Assembly: GCA_040755315.1 (NCBI GenBank)
Contig: JBFMBF010000018.1
Span: forward strand, 1-23,759
DNA: 23,759 nucleotides
Origin: Candidatus Hadarchaeota archaeon
Lineage (GTDB): Archaea > Hadarchaeota > Hadarchaeia > Hadarchaeales > Hadarchaeaceae
Direction of reading: 5' to 3'
Under the pieces are notes generated by a model. The model made no database searches, had not been told where the DNA came from, and saw only the letters and a list, made by a program, of their open reading frames with translations. Of this stretch, positions 10,336 through 19,279 are shown in pieces. The position numbers and the translations under genes were made by a program. Position 1 is the first letter of the stretch; each line of letters begins with the position of its first letter.

Positions 10336-11339
10336 GCCGAGAAAAACTCAAGCGGCTCGGGCTGGACCTCCCTCTTCTTCCGACCACCAGCGTTGGGAGC
10401 TTTCCAAAACCACAGTATTTGCTTGAGGCCAGGCAGAAGGCGGCGGCGGGGCAGATGTCTCGCGAGAAGCTTAGGGAGCTTGAGGTCAAGGCCACGAAAG
10501 AGTGGATCGCCACGCAGGAGAGGCTGGGCCTCGACGTGCTCGTGGATGGGGAGATGTACCGGGGGGACATGGCGGCGTACTTTGCCGAAAAACTTGGCGG
10601 GTTCAGGACCAGCGGCCTGGTGAGGAGCTACGGCAACCGATATTACAGGAAGCCGATAATCAGCGGAGAGATTGAGTGGCCCGGACCTGTAACGGTGGAT
10701 TGGTGGAAGTTCACCCAAGGCCTCACGAAGAAGCCGGTCAAGGGGATGCTCACGGGGCCATACACAATGATGGACTGGTCATTCAACGAGTACTACCAGA
10801 GCCGGAGGGACGCCTGCCTTGCCCTGGCGAAAGTGCTCCACAAGGAGGTGGACGCGCTGGTGAAGGCCGGGGCGAAGATAATCCAGGTGGACGAGCCAGC
10901 CATATCGGCCAGGCCAGAAGAGCTCCCTGAGTTCGCGGTTGAAGCCATGAACATCGTCACCAGCGGCGTTGACGCCTACTTCATCTGCCACATCTGCTAC
11001 GGGGCTTTCGAGTTCATTTATCCGAAGATGCTTGATCTGTCGGTGGACAACTTTGACCTCGAGATGTCAAACTCCGAACTTGACCTCGTGGAGCTGTTCA
11101 AAAAACACCCCTTTAGAAAGGACTTGTCCTTCGGAGTAGTGGATGTCCACTCTCACATCATTGAGAGCCAAGAGTTGGTTGAAAAGCGCATCAGGAGGGC
11201 TCTTGAAGTGCTGAAGCCCGAACAGCTCTGGATTGACCCTGACTGTGGGCTGAAGACCAGAAGTACTGAGGAGTCAATTGGAAAGCTTGAGACCATCGCA
11301 AGGGCTGTGGCGGGCGTGAGGAGAGGGCTTGAGCAATGA
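10332..11339 (+). CDS. metE: Cobalamin-independent methionine synthase, catalytic (C-terminal-half) subunit
   Basis: PTTSVGSFPKP, DGE..R.DM, KGMLTGPYT, QVDEPA, zinc ligands HIC / E / PDCGLKT, and GVVDVHS. Confidence 0.9.
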   Translation: MSREKLKRLGLDLPLLPTTSVGSFPKPQYLLEARQKAAAGQMSREKLRELEVKATKEWIATQERLGLDVLVDGEMYRGDMAAYFAEKLGGFRTSGLVRSYGNRYYRKPIISGEIEWPGPVTVDWWKFTQGLTKKPVKGMLTGPYTMMDWSFNEYYQSRRDACLALAKVLHKEVDALVKAGAKIIQVDEPAISARPEELPEFAVEAMNIVTSGVDAYFICHICYGAFEFIYPKMLDLSVDNFDLEMSNSELDLVELFKKHPFRKDLSFGVVDVHSHIIESQELVEKRIRRALEVLKPEQLWIDPDCGLKTRSTEESIGKLETIARAVAGVRRGLEQ

Positions 11340-13135
11340 GAAAACTGGTCTCTGCCGTCGCCATTATCATTATTGCTGCCGCCGTTGCCGCATTGGTCGT
11401 CTTTTTTCAACCTTCTAAAAAGGCGCTTGAGTTTGAGGAATCGGACGTCGTTTACTTTTATTTGGATGAAAACGGGGGCGTGAGTGCGGAGGTATCCATA
11501 CAGGTGCCCCCGTCACAGTTCACCAACTTGCTGAAAAGCCTGATAACACAGATCGGCACGGCCCAGCAGGAAAGGGACTATTCTGAAGCTTTGCGAAAAT
11601 CGTTTGCGAGGTATGGGATGGAGATAGAAAACGTCTCTGTAAATTTTTCTGGATTTTCCGCTAACGAAAACCTGAAAATAACCGCTGCCTGGAGGACGCC
11701 TGGCGTCGCCCGCTGGAGAGACAACAAATGGGTGATAAGGTTCGGATGGGCGGACAACGAAAGCGCGGCCAAGTCCATATGGGCAGAGGAGGAGGTCTCC
11801 TGGACGTACTACAACGGCATAGCACTCATGTACAATTATGATTTTGCTGTTTTCGACCGCAACAGCTGGGTGGCGATAATACTCCCCCAAGGCGCTGCAG
11901 ATGTCAACGCAACATCACTCGGTGAAACAGCAACTACGGATTACGGCGGGGGGAGTTACGGCACTTACTCCTTAGTTCTGTCTCAGGTCGGAGGGAGGCT
12001 GGCGATTGTTGAAAACGGCGCCACCGTGATAAGGACTGAGAAGGAGTTCACGTTCACCTACAGAAACTTGCTTGAAAATAACATAGAATCCGTCATATCT
12101 TACAAGGGGAATCGCCCCGAAAACTTCTCCTTTTTGGACTCCCTTGAACAGGTGAGGCTGGACATCAAGTATGGTCTTGCTGCGCCAGAAAACTACTCAA
12201 TATTCAGTGGGCCGCAGGAGTATTACCTCTTGCCGGCCCAGATTTTGTACTACTCCGCGAAGGCCGTGCTAGAAAATGATGCATCCAAGTTTTCGCTGCC
12301 GCCTGCCGCTGTCACAGTGGGAAGACCAACGAGCGAGAATGGCGACTGGAACGCTTTTTGGAAGAGCATTTCAAAATCGGAGTATCTCAACTTGGCTCAG
12401 CGAATCTTGGATAACGTGCAATCCACTGGCAACGCCCCAGGAAGCTTTGACACATCTGCCGGAAAAATCAGGTACAGAGACGCCCTTTACACCTTGCTCA
12501 GAATCCTTTCAACTTACCGGGATATCGGAAGACTCCCAGACAACATCCTTCTGGCCCCTGTCCCCTCAGACAACCTGCAGTGGGGCTTGACATCCATACC
12601 AGCGAGCCACGCTTACTACCTGCTGCCGGAGACCTATGTCAATACAAACACCGCCACTGTTCTGGAAATCCTTGACAATATCAGAGACAACCACGACAAC
12701 AGACGGCTGGCGGAAGAGATCAACAACTGGACGGGTTCAAACCTCAGTTATGGCCTTTCGTTCACCACACCCACCTCCGAACAGGTCCTTACGACAAACA
12801 GGCGGGGGCAGTGCAGGGACTACACAAATGTCTACCTTGCCATTTCCAGGACAGCCGGGCTGCCCGCGCGGAGGATGACCGGCTGGGTGACCTCTACTTG
12901 GAGGCCGCCCGCTGGATGGGGCTTCACCTCGACGACCACTCCATCTGGCCAGACTGTTGCGCTTCACGCTTGGGATCAGGTTTACGTGCCGGGCTCGGGG
13001 TGGATTCCATTGGAGCCACAATCAAAGAGGCCGGAACTGGTCTTCGGGACTCTTCCATATGCTCCCTACAAAGAGATTGAGCAGACTTGGATGGACGGAA
13101 TGGCCGCCTATGAGGCTGTTGGTGGTGGCCTGTGA
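11336..13135 (+). CDS. Membrane-anchored/secreted transglutaminase-like protein with pseudomurein-binding-repeat-like region
   Basis: N-terminal signal/TM segment; ISKSEYLNLAQRI...GNAP and IRY..ALY.LLRIL..Y...GRLP repeats; GQCRDY, AGLPAR, HAW and W..LEP transglutaminase core. Confidence 0.8.
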   Translation: MRKLVSAVAIIIIAAAVAALVVFFQPSKKALEFEESDVVYFYLDENGGVSAEVSIQVPPSQFTNLLKSLITQIGTAQQERDYSEALRKSFARYGMEIENVSVNFSGFSANENLKITAAWRTPGVARWRDNKWVIRFGWADNESAAKSIWAEEEVSWTYYNGIALMYNYDFAVFDRNSWVAIILPQGAADVNATSLGETATTDYGGGSYGTYSLVLSQVGGRLAIVENGATVIRTEKEFTFTYRNLLENNIESVISYKGNRPENFSFLDSLEQVRLDIKYGLAAPENYSIFSGPQEYYLLPAQILYYSAKAVLENDASKFSLPPAAVTVGRPTSENGDWNAFWKSISKSEYLNLAQRILDNVQSTGNAPGSFDTSAGKIRYRDALYTLLRILSTYRDIGRLPDNILLAPVPSDNLQWGLTSIPASHAYYLLPETYVNTNTATVLEILDNIRDNHDNRRLAEEINNWTGSNLSYGLSFTTPTSEQVLTTNRRGQCRDYTNVYLAISRTAGLPARRMTGWVTSTWRPPAGWGFTSTTTPSGQTVALHAWDQVYVPGSGWIPLEPQSKRPELVFGTLPYAPYKEIEQTWMDGMAAYEAVGGGL

Positions 13136-13503
13136 AGATTTCAAAGATAGAAAAAGAAGCTCTAGAATTCATGCTCGGAATCTGCCGTTCCACCCATCCC
13201 AAGGAGTTCGCCGGGGTGTTGAGGGCCAAGGGCGACACAATCAGCGAAGTGCTGCTGCTGCCAGGCACCCTTTCTTCCGGGAAATCGGCTGTTCTCAGGC
13301 TGCACATGCTTCCGATAGACCCGACCGCGCGCGGAACCATCCACAGCCACCCTGTGCCGGATGCCCACCCTTCATCGGAAGACCTGGGTCTTTTTGACAA
13401 ATTTGGGGAGGTGCACCTAATCGTCGCCTATCCCTATAACAAAAATTCTTGGGCGGCGTACGACCACCGCGGGGATAAAATTGAACTTGAGGTGATGAAG
13501 TGA
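13132..13503 (+). CDS. JAB/MPN (JAMM) domain metalloprotease
   Basis: E(FAGVL)...HSHP......SSED JAMM motif. Confidence 0.9.
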   Translation: MKISKIEKEALEFMLGICRSTHPKEFAGVLRAKGDTISEVLLLPGTLSSGKSAVLRLHMLPIDPTARGTIHSHPVPDAHPSSEDLGLFDKFGEVHLIVAYPYNKNSWAAYDHRGDKIELEVMK

Positions 13504-14225
13504 ACTGGAAGCTCTGGGCGCCATGGTACAGAAAAATCGTGGGGAGGCTCAACATTGATGAAAAGGCGGACAACCTTTCAGCCAGGGCGCTGAACCTGCT
13601 TTTGCCTGAACCAAAAATAGACGAATTAAGGGCAGTCTTGAACGGACGCGAGTGTGTTGTTTTCGGCGCTGGGCCTTCGCTCGATGAAGACCTGGCGAAG
13701 CTCAGCCTAAGCGGGAGGCTGGAAAAAATCTTGATATCGGCTGACGGCGCGACGACTGCGGTGCTCAAATACAAGACACCGGATGTTGTGGTCACGGACC
13801 TTGACGGAAATATCGATGACCAACTGAAAGCCTGGAGGCGGGGTGCATGGCTGGTCGTGCACGCCCACGGGGATAACATGCAAGAAATAGAAAAAGTCGT
13901 TCCTCTTGTGAAAGAGAGAATCATCGGGACTACTCAAATAAAGCCGTTCGAGCGGCTTTTCAACTTTGGCGGTTTCACGGACGGGGACCGAGCGGCATTC
14001 ATGGCACACGAGCTTGGAGCATCTAAAATCTACCTTGCAGGGATGGATTTGGGGGAAAAAATCGGCAAACATTCAGGTAAAAAGGACATGACGCGCAAAC
14101 GCGTCAAGCTTGAAATCTGCAAGGAGCTGCTGGCGTGGCTGGCACTCAAGTCCAGTCTTGTGAACCTGACCAGCCATGGCGAGCCAATCCCCGACGTTCG
14201 CTCGGAAGAGCGGATGGTGAGGTGA
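13500..14225 (+). CDS. mptE: 6-hydroxymethyl-7,8-dihydropterin pyrophosphokinase MptE (DUF115)
   Basis: GAGPSL, ADGAT, VTDLDG, VHAHGDN, NFGGFTDGDRA and AGMD motifs. Confidence 0.88.
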   Translation: MNWKLWAPWYRKIVGRLNIDEKADNLSARALNLLLPEPKIDELRAVLNGRECVVFGAGPSLDEDLAKLSLSGRLEKILISADGATTAVLKYKTPDVVVTDLDGNIDDQLKAWRRGAWLVVHAHGDNMQEIEKVVPLVKERIIGTTQIKPFERLFNFGGFTDGDRAAFMAHELGASKIYLAGMDLGEKIGKHSGKKDMTRKRVKLEICKELLAWLALKSSLVNLTSHGEPIPDVRSEERMVR

Positions 14226-15004
14226 AAGAAATGCTGCCCCGCAAGTTTAAGCTACCATCTCGCGTGATGAAGGATGGCGTCAAAAGGGAGGTCGGGCTTT
14301 TTGCCGGAGTCGCTTTTCTATTTACCGCACTCGCCTGCGGCATTTCAGGTAGCCTCAAACTCTTTCTTTTTTTACCACCACTTTTCCTGCTTGGAGTTCT
14401 TCTGTTAGCGCTCTTCAGCAATCGCAGGTTGTTCGGGGTTGCGCTGATCGTACTGCTTTTTATACCCACGGCCATCGGCGGATCATCAATTGCGTTACTT
14501 TTTTTACCACCCTTCTTGTTCTTGACAATTCCCTATCTTATTATTGCGGCGGTTTTTCTGCTTGGCAAGTCGCCCGGTGGGCCCGTCGAGGGAGCACTAG
14601 TTTTAACATGTGTGTTGCTGCTGTTACCTGGCGTTCCCGGACCAGGCAACTACATCTGGGTGGCGGGCGGGTTCCAACCCGCACTTCTGTCCGCCTTCAG
14701 CAACTCGGCAATCGGCGTCGAGGTGGTGGCACCGGACAACTCACCGCTCGCAGGTCTGGAGGTCGACCTCTGGCTAGAGTCCGCAGGGTATGCGTCGACA
14801 AATTGGAGACCACTACCGGACGCTGGGAAGGGGTTCACTGATACAGGCGGCAGGGTGACCTTCAAAGTAATCGCTGGGGAGTACAGGATCGGCTTCAACA
14901 TGCTGAACTTTCCTCAAGACAACTATCTGCCTACAGAGTCAACCGTTCACGCGACCGCCAAAGGGTCAACCTCGATAACGATTCAGTTGCAGCAAAAGAC
15001 TTGA
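14222..15004 (+). CDS. Membrane protein with several TM helices and a C-terminal beta-sandwich (carboxypeptidase-regulatory-like) domain
   Basis: GTG start overlaps the mptE stop (GTGA); long hydrophobic N-terminal half; PLAG.EV.L...TD..G.VTF.V..GEY.I pattern. Confidence 0.7.
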   Translation: MKEMLPRKFKLPSRVMKDGVKREVGLFAGVAFLFTALACGISGSLKLFLFLPPLFLLGVLLLALFSNRRLFGVALIVLLFIPTAIGGSSIALLFLPPFLFLTIPYLIIAAVFLLGKSPGGPVEGALVLTCVLLLLPGVPGPGNYIWVAGGFQPALLSAFSNSAIGVEVVAPDNSPLAGLEVDLWLESAGYASTNWRPLPDAGKGFTDTGGRVTFKVIAGEYRIGFNMLNFPQDNYLPTESTVHATAKGSTSITIQLQQKT

Positions 15005-15013
15005 GCCTATGGC

Positions 15014-15379
15014 TTAGCTGCCTTCCTGCGTCTCTTGCTTTTCGTTCGCCTTCTTGGTCTTTTCCTGCTGCTCCGGTGTTTGGGCCTGCTCCTGCCGCTC
15101 TGTAAGTCGAGTCTCTTGCTCAGGAAGTTGAGCTTGCTCCTGAGGTTGGATCTCTTGATTGGAAGGCTTGGTTTCAGAAGCACTTTCTTTCGCGGAGAAA
15201 AGCTCAAAATAGAGCTTCTTGAACTCCTCCTCTTTTTCCTTCATGGCCTTCGCGCTTGGTCTGGGGGCAGTCAGGCTGATGCCGGCCTCAGAAAGCTCCC
15301 GCTTAGACATGGCCATCTTCGCCGCCTTCAGCTGCTGTCTGGCCTTCAGCGCGACCTTCCCTGTCTTGCGGGTCATCAA
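15014..15379 (-). CDS. Hypothetical protein; basic N-terminus and Gln/Glu-rich disordered tail
   Basis: Open 121-aa frame with protein-like composition; TTATATAA box just upstream. Confidence 0.6.
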   Translation of the reverse strand: MMTRKTGKVALKARQQLKAAKMAMSKRELSEAGISLTAPRPSAKAMKEKEEEFKKLYFELFSAKESASETKPSNQEIQPQEQAQLPEQETRLTERQEQAQTPEQQEKTKKANEKQETQEGS

Positions 15380-15400
15380 AAAATTAATTAGAAAGAAGGG

Positions 15401-15408
15401 TTATATAA
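15401..15408. promoter_or_regulatory. Palindromic TATA box shared by divergent small genes
   Basis: TTATATAA between the starts at 15379 (-) and 15426 (+). Confidence 0.5.
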
Positions 15409-15425
15409 TTACGTTAGGGGGGAGC

Positions 15426-15608
15426 TTGGGGGGAAATCGCAAAATTTCTGCTGCGGAGGCCGAGTCCATCCTTGGGGAGATAAAGCACATCAAGGAAAGG
15501 CTGGAGGTGATTGAGAAGGCCCTTCAGACCGAGCACACGCCTGCAGAGATATGGGCGTGGTACAAGAAAGATATCAACAAAATCAACTTTGTGGATGTTC
15601 TGGAGTAG
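15426..15608 (+). CDS. Small hypothetical coiled-coil protein (~60 aa)
   Basis: 3' part of the 15219-15608 ORF; TTG start after a G-rich GGAG; ILGEIKHIKERLEVIEKAL heptad pattern. Confidence 0.55.
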   Translation: MGGNRKISAAEAESILGEIKHIKERLEVIEKALQTEHTPAEIWAWYKKDINKINFVDVLE

Positions 15609-15624
15609 GTATAAACCAAGGATG

Positions 15625-15963
15625 TCATGCCGTGGGCGTTGCCAGCCAGTATTCAGCTTCTTTTCTTATCTCCTTTAGGTACTGATTGAAGCCGTCGGAG
15701 CTTAAGTAGTAAACCCGCTTCCCCTCCAGCCGCCTTGTCGCCACCATCCCCATGTCCCTCATCGGTCTCATCAAAACGTAGAAATGCTTGCGGTCAGCGG
15801 CCGCAGCTAGGTCCAATCCCAACACTGCCGCCAGTTCCTCGATCTTCTTTGGCGACTCCCTCAATGTTCTGATGACCTTCACGGCCTCGGGTTTCAGTGC
15901 CGCACTTTTTGGGTGGTTGCCATACGCCAATGCCAGCAGCCTTTGAGGACCTCTATCTTCCAT
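15625..15963 (-). CDS. Winged-helix DNA-binding protein
   Basis: IRTLRESPKKIEELAAVLG...MRDMGMV..RR.EGKRVYYLS wHTH pattern; GGTGA SD upstream. Confidence 0.75.
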   Translation of the reverse strand: MEDRGPQRLLALAYGNHPKSAALKPEAVKVIRTLRESPKKIEELAAVLGLDLAAAADRKHFYVLMRPMRDMGMVATRRLEGKRVYYLSSDGFNQYLKEIRKEAEYWLATPTA

Positions 15964-15965
15964 GA

Positions 15966-16196
15966 CTTCACCTTTTCAAGGTAACTTTCACCTCTTAATG
16001 GGTAATCTAGAGTATTTAAGCCTTTTGATGAGGGATGTATACCCTCTTGAAAGGTAACTTGAGCATTTTGGTGTAAAATCTCGCGCCAACCACATTCCTT
16101 TATAAAAGGTAACTGACCGACATGGGGGGGATGATTCGGCACAACTTTTTGATTTCGTGGGCTCTTGTTTTTGGATTGTTACTTTTAAAAAGTAAT
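15966..16196. repeat. Array of ~5 degenerate ..CC(W)nAGGTAAC/T boxes (putative operators)
   Basis: AAGGTAACT at 15978, 16051 and 16106; GGGTAATCT at 16000; perfect inverted repeat TTACTTTT-A-AAAAGTAA at 16179-16195. Confidence 0.5.
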
Positions 16197-16700
16197 CTAA
16201 ACCTCTGGTGGGTAACCAAAGGTCTCAACCAGAACATCGGAAATCTTCTTAGATAACTTTCTTGCTAAAATAGATATGTTTTTCTGTTTATTATCAAAAT
16301 ATTCTTTTAATTTTAATTTTAAATTATTAAGTTTTTGTTCTACGTCTGTCTTATTTATTTCTTCCCTTAGTTTTGCCTTTATTTCTTTTTCATATAGGAG
16401 ATCTATTTCCCTCTCAATCTCCCCGAGGGCTGCCACCTCAAGAAAAGTCATTAGGGCATCGGTGGCTTCTTCTCCTGTTTCTGTCAGTTTTACGAGTTTT
16501 AATCTTCCAGATTTTCTGAAAACTACTAATTTTAAACTTTCAAGGTCTTTTAACACATTATAAGTGTGAGCATATGTACTTTCTATATTTTTTGCGATTT
16601 TTGTTTGGTAAACTGGTTTATTTTCTTTTTTGAGAAAAATCATTGTATTTACTGGCTTTTCTTGTAAAAAAAGTGCCGTTGCACCTACATTTTTTCTCAA
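16197..16700 (-). CDS. MarR-like winged-helix DNA-binding protein with C-terminal helical extension; AT-rich gene
   Basis: FLQEKP...YQTKIAKNIESTYAHTYNVLKDLE..KLV.F.KSGRLKLVKLTETG; TTG start after a GGGTGA SD. Confidence 0.8.
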   Translation of the reverse strand: MRKNVGATALFLQEKPVNTMIFLKKENKPVYQTKIAKNIESTYAHTYNVLKDLESLKLVVFRKSGRLKLVKLTETGEEATDALMTFLEVAALGEIEREIDLLYEKEIKAKLREEINKTDVEQKLNNLKLKLKEYFDNKQKNISILARKLSKKISDVLVETFGYPPEV

Positions 16701-16953
16701 TTTTTCACCCTCAAATCTATTATTGTTTCAAATATCTATTTAAACATATCTATACTAAAAAATATATTTTAAATTTACGATATTGCAAAAAAGATAAAAT
16801 AGGGTTGAGAGCACGTGAACAAAATTTTGGGTGCTGCAAGAAGCTGGGCTAGAGTGGGCGAAGAGGCTGAAGGTGATGGCGAAGGGTGTGGAGATGTGGG
16901 GAAAACACTTAAAACCCGCAGGGAGAGTGGGGGTGTCAAGCTATGGTGGTGAA

Positions 16954-18300
16954 ATGCAGGGTTTGAAACGTCCAAAAATAGTGGTAACCCCGCCGGGACC
17001 CAAGGCAAAAGAATTCATCAAGCGGGATCACGCGGTAACTTCTCAATCTCTGACCCGCACGGCTCCTCTCGTGGGGGTGGAAGAGGAGGGAGTGTGGGTG
17101 AAAGACATCGACGGCAACGTCTTCATGGATTTCAGCTCCGGAATAGCTGTGACAAATGTCGGGCACAAACACCCCAAAGTGGTCGAAGCCATCAAAAGGC
17201 AGTCGGACAAACTACTTTTCATCAACAGCTGCGACTTTTATACGCTGCCCCAAGTGGAGCTAGCGGAGCGCCTTTGCGAGATAACGCCTGGGAAATTCAA
17301 GAAGAAAGTTTTCTTCGGGAATTCGGGCACTGAAGCTGTGGAAGGAGCTTTGAAAATCGCGCAGTGGCACACGCGCAACTTCTACGTGATTTCTTTCATC
17401 GGGGGATTCCACGGGCGCACGATGGGATCTCTCCAGCTCACCACCACGGGAGTCGCCTCCCGAAGGCATTTCAAGGGGATGATGCACGGAGTTTTCCATG
17501 TTCCCTATGCCTACTGCTATCGCTGCCCATTCAAGCAGGAATATCCTGACTGCGGCATGTGGTGCGTCGGCTACATCGAGGATATCATGCTCAAAAAAGT
17601 AATCCCACCGGACGACATGTCCTGCCTGTTAGTGGAGCCTATCCAAGGCGCGGCGGGTTACATAGTGCCGCCTGACGACTACCTTCCGGCGCTGCAAAAG
17701 CTGTGCAAAAAGAACGGGATAATATTCATCGATGACGAGGTTCAGACCGGCTTCTGCAGGACTGGGAAGTGGTTCGCCTGCGAGCACTGGGGAGTGGAAC
17801 CCGACATCATGACTTTGTCGAAGGCCATTGCCGCCGGGCTGCCGTGCGGGGCGGTCGTGGCCAAAGAAGAACTGATGGATTGGGAAGCCGGGGCGCATGA
17901 GAACACTCTCGGAGGGAACCCGGTCGTTTGCGAGGCGGCCTTGGCCGTGCTGGAGATTTTGAAGAAAGAAAAGCTCGACCAAAACGCGGCGAAAGTTGGG
18001 GCCTTCCTGCTCAAGCGCTTCAAAGAAATTGCGGAGACCAACGAGATTATCGGGGATGTGCGAGGGAAAGGAATGATGGTAGGCATCGAGTTTGTAAAGA
18101 ATCGCGATACAAAGGAGCCCGCGAGAGAAATCCGCGATGTCGTGCTGGAAGAAGCGTTCAAACGCGGACTTGTTCTTCTCGGCGCTGGACCATGTTCTCT
18201 GAGGCTCGCCCCGCCCCTGATACTGACCCAAGAGCAGGCTGAAGTGGGACTTGAGATATTCGAGGAAGTGTTAAAGAAGGTCACCACAAAAACAGAATAG
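16954..18300 (+). CDS. Class III PLP-dependent aminotransferase (4-aminobutyrate/ornithine aminotransferase-like)
   Basis: DIDGN.FMDF, NSGTEAVE, FHGRT, EPIQG, DEVQTG..RTG, LSKA (PLP Lys) and NTLGGNP; start placed at ATG 16954 after the GGTGGTGA SD. Confidence 0.92.
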   Translation: MQGLKRPKIVVTPPGPKAKEFIKRDHAVTSQSLTRTAPLVGVEEEGVWVKDIDGNVFMDFSSGIAVTNVGHKHPKVVEAIKRQSDKLLFINSCDFYTLPQVELAERLCEITPGKFKKKVFFGNSGTEAVEGALKIAQWHTRNFYVISFIGGFHGRTMGSLQLTTTGVASRRHFKGMMHGVFHVPYAYCYRCPFKQEYPDCGMWCVGYIEDIMLKKVIPPDDMSCLLVEPIQGAAGYIVPPDDYLPALQKLCKKNGIIFIDDEVQTGFCRTGKWFACEHWGVEPDIMTLSKAIAAGLPCGAVVAKEELMDWEAGAHENTLGGNPVVCEAALAVLEILKKEKLDQNAAKVGAFLLKRFKEIAETNEIIGDVRGKGMMVGIEFVKNRDTKEPAREIRDVVLEEAFKRGLVLLGAGPCSLRLAPPLILTQEQAEVGLEIFEEVLKKVTTKTE

Positions 18301-18323
18301 GTGAACCCACGCTCGCATTCCTC

Positions 18324-19259
18324 TTGCCGCTGTTGTACATATTCTCCTTCGTCATCCTGGGGATGGCGCTGAGAATCATCTCCGCTCACTTCCGTTTGGG
18401 TATTTTTAACATGGCCTTCAAGTTTCTGAACAACTTCGCCATATGGGTCATACTGCCAGTCGTTGTTTTCATCTCCACGGCCAGGTACACCTCGGGCCAG
18501 ATACTCGGGTTCGGGAACGCCCTGCTTCTCGGATTCATAGGCGCTGGCGTTTGCTTTGTTTCCGCTGTTGTGATCTCCAATATGGCTAGGGAAGACAAGA
18601 AAACAACAGTTGCCATGACCCTGAACTCAACATTCATGAACACGACTTACTTGGGCTTCCCGACGGTATACGTTCTACTTGGCTCCGCTGCCCTGGGGCC
18701 GGCCGCGCTTTATGCGATTGGGATAGGCACCCTCCACATAATTTTCGGCACTGCGATGGCCTCGCTTATTTCCAAACGGCGCCTGACATCGCGCGACGTC
18801 GCCATGACTGTGTTGACTTTTCCAGCCGTGTTTGCGCTTATCGCGGCCCTCGTTTTCGTCGCGTTCCAAGCCCCTCTTCCGGACATCGTGAAAAATACTT
18901 TTGACACATATCTGGCGATGCCTTTTTTTGCTCTCATGCTTTTACTCGTGGGCTACCAGATCCCGCTGGTGAACCCCCGCAGGTACTTCGGGCAGCTTGC
19001 GACAGTTGGATCGCTCAGGTTCCTTGTCTGCCCTCTCGTGTCATATTTATTCATTCTGATTCTCGGGCTGAACCTCAGGACGGACCTGAGCCCAAGGCCA
19101 GCGCTGCTGCTGTCTGCCATGCCTCCGGCAGTGTTCAACATAATTTTGGCGCACAACTTCAAGCTGGACATGAAACTTTATGGTGCGCTGGTGTTCTACC
19201 TGACGCTGGCATTTCTTTTCGTGGCGCTTCCTTTGCTCTACTCGACAATGCTGATTTGA
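18324..19259 (+). CDS. AEC (auxin efflux carrier) family transporter
   Basis: About 10 TM helices; W..LP...F, N...LGFP, RFL..P and AMPPAV motifs. Confidence 0.85.
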   Translation: MPLLYIFSFVILGMALRIISAHFRLGIFNMAFKFLNNFAIWVILPVVVFISTARYTSGQILGFGNALLLGFIGAGVCFVSAVVISNMAREDKKTTVAMTLNSTFMNTTYLGFPTVYVLLGSAALGPAALYAIGIGTLHIIFGTAMASLISKRRLTSRDVAMTVLTFPAVFALIAALVFVAFQAPLPDIVKNTFDTYLAMPFFALMLLLVGYQIPLVNPRRYFGQLATVGSLRFLVCPLVSYLFILILGLNLRTDLSPRPALLLSAMPPAVFNIILAHNFKLDMKLYGALVFYLTLAFLFVALPLLYSTMLI

Positions 19260-19279
19260 TGGCGCTTTCAAACTAATTT

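Noticed and set aside
15964..16830. Canonical ORB-type replication origin
   Set aside because: No TTCCAGTGGAAAC-like ORB boxes and no orc1/cdc6 gene in the window.
16831..16953. 41-aa N-terminal extension of the aminotransferase
   Set aside because: The stretch contains a TATA-like CTTAAAA (~16908) and an SD before ATG 16954; family similarity starts after it.
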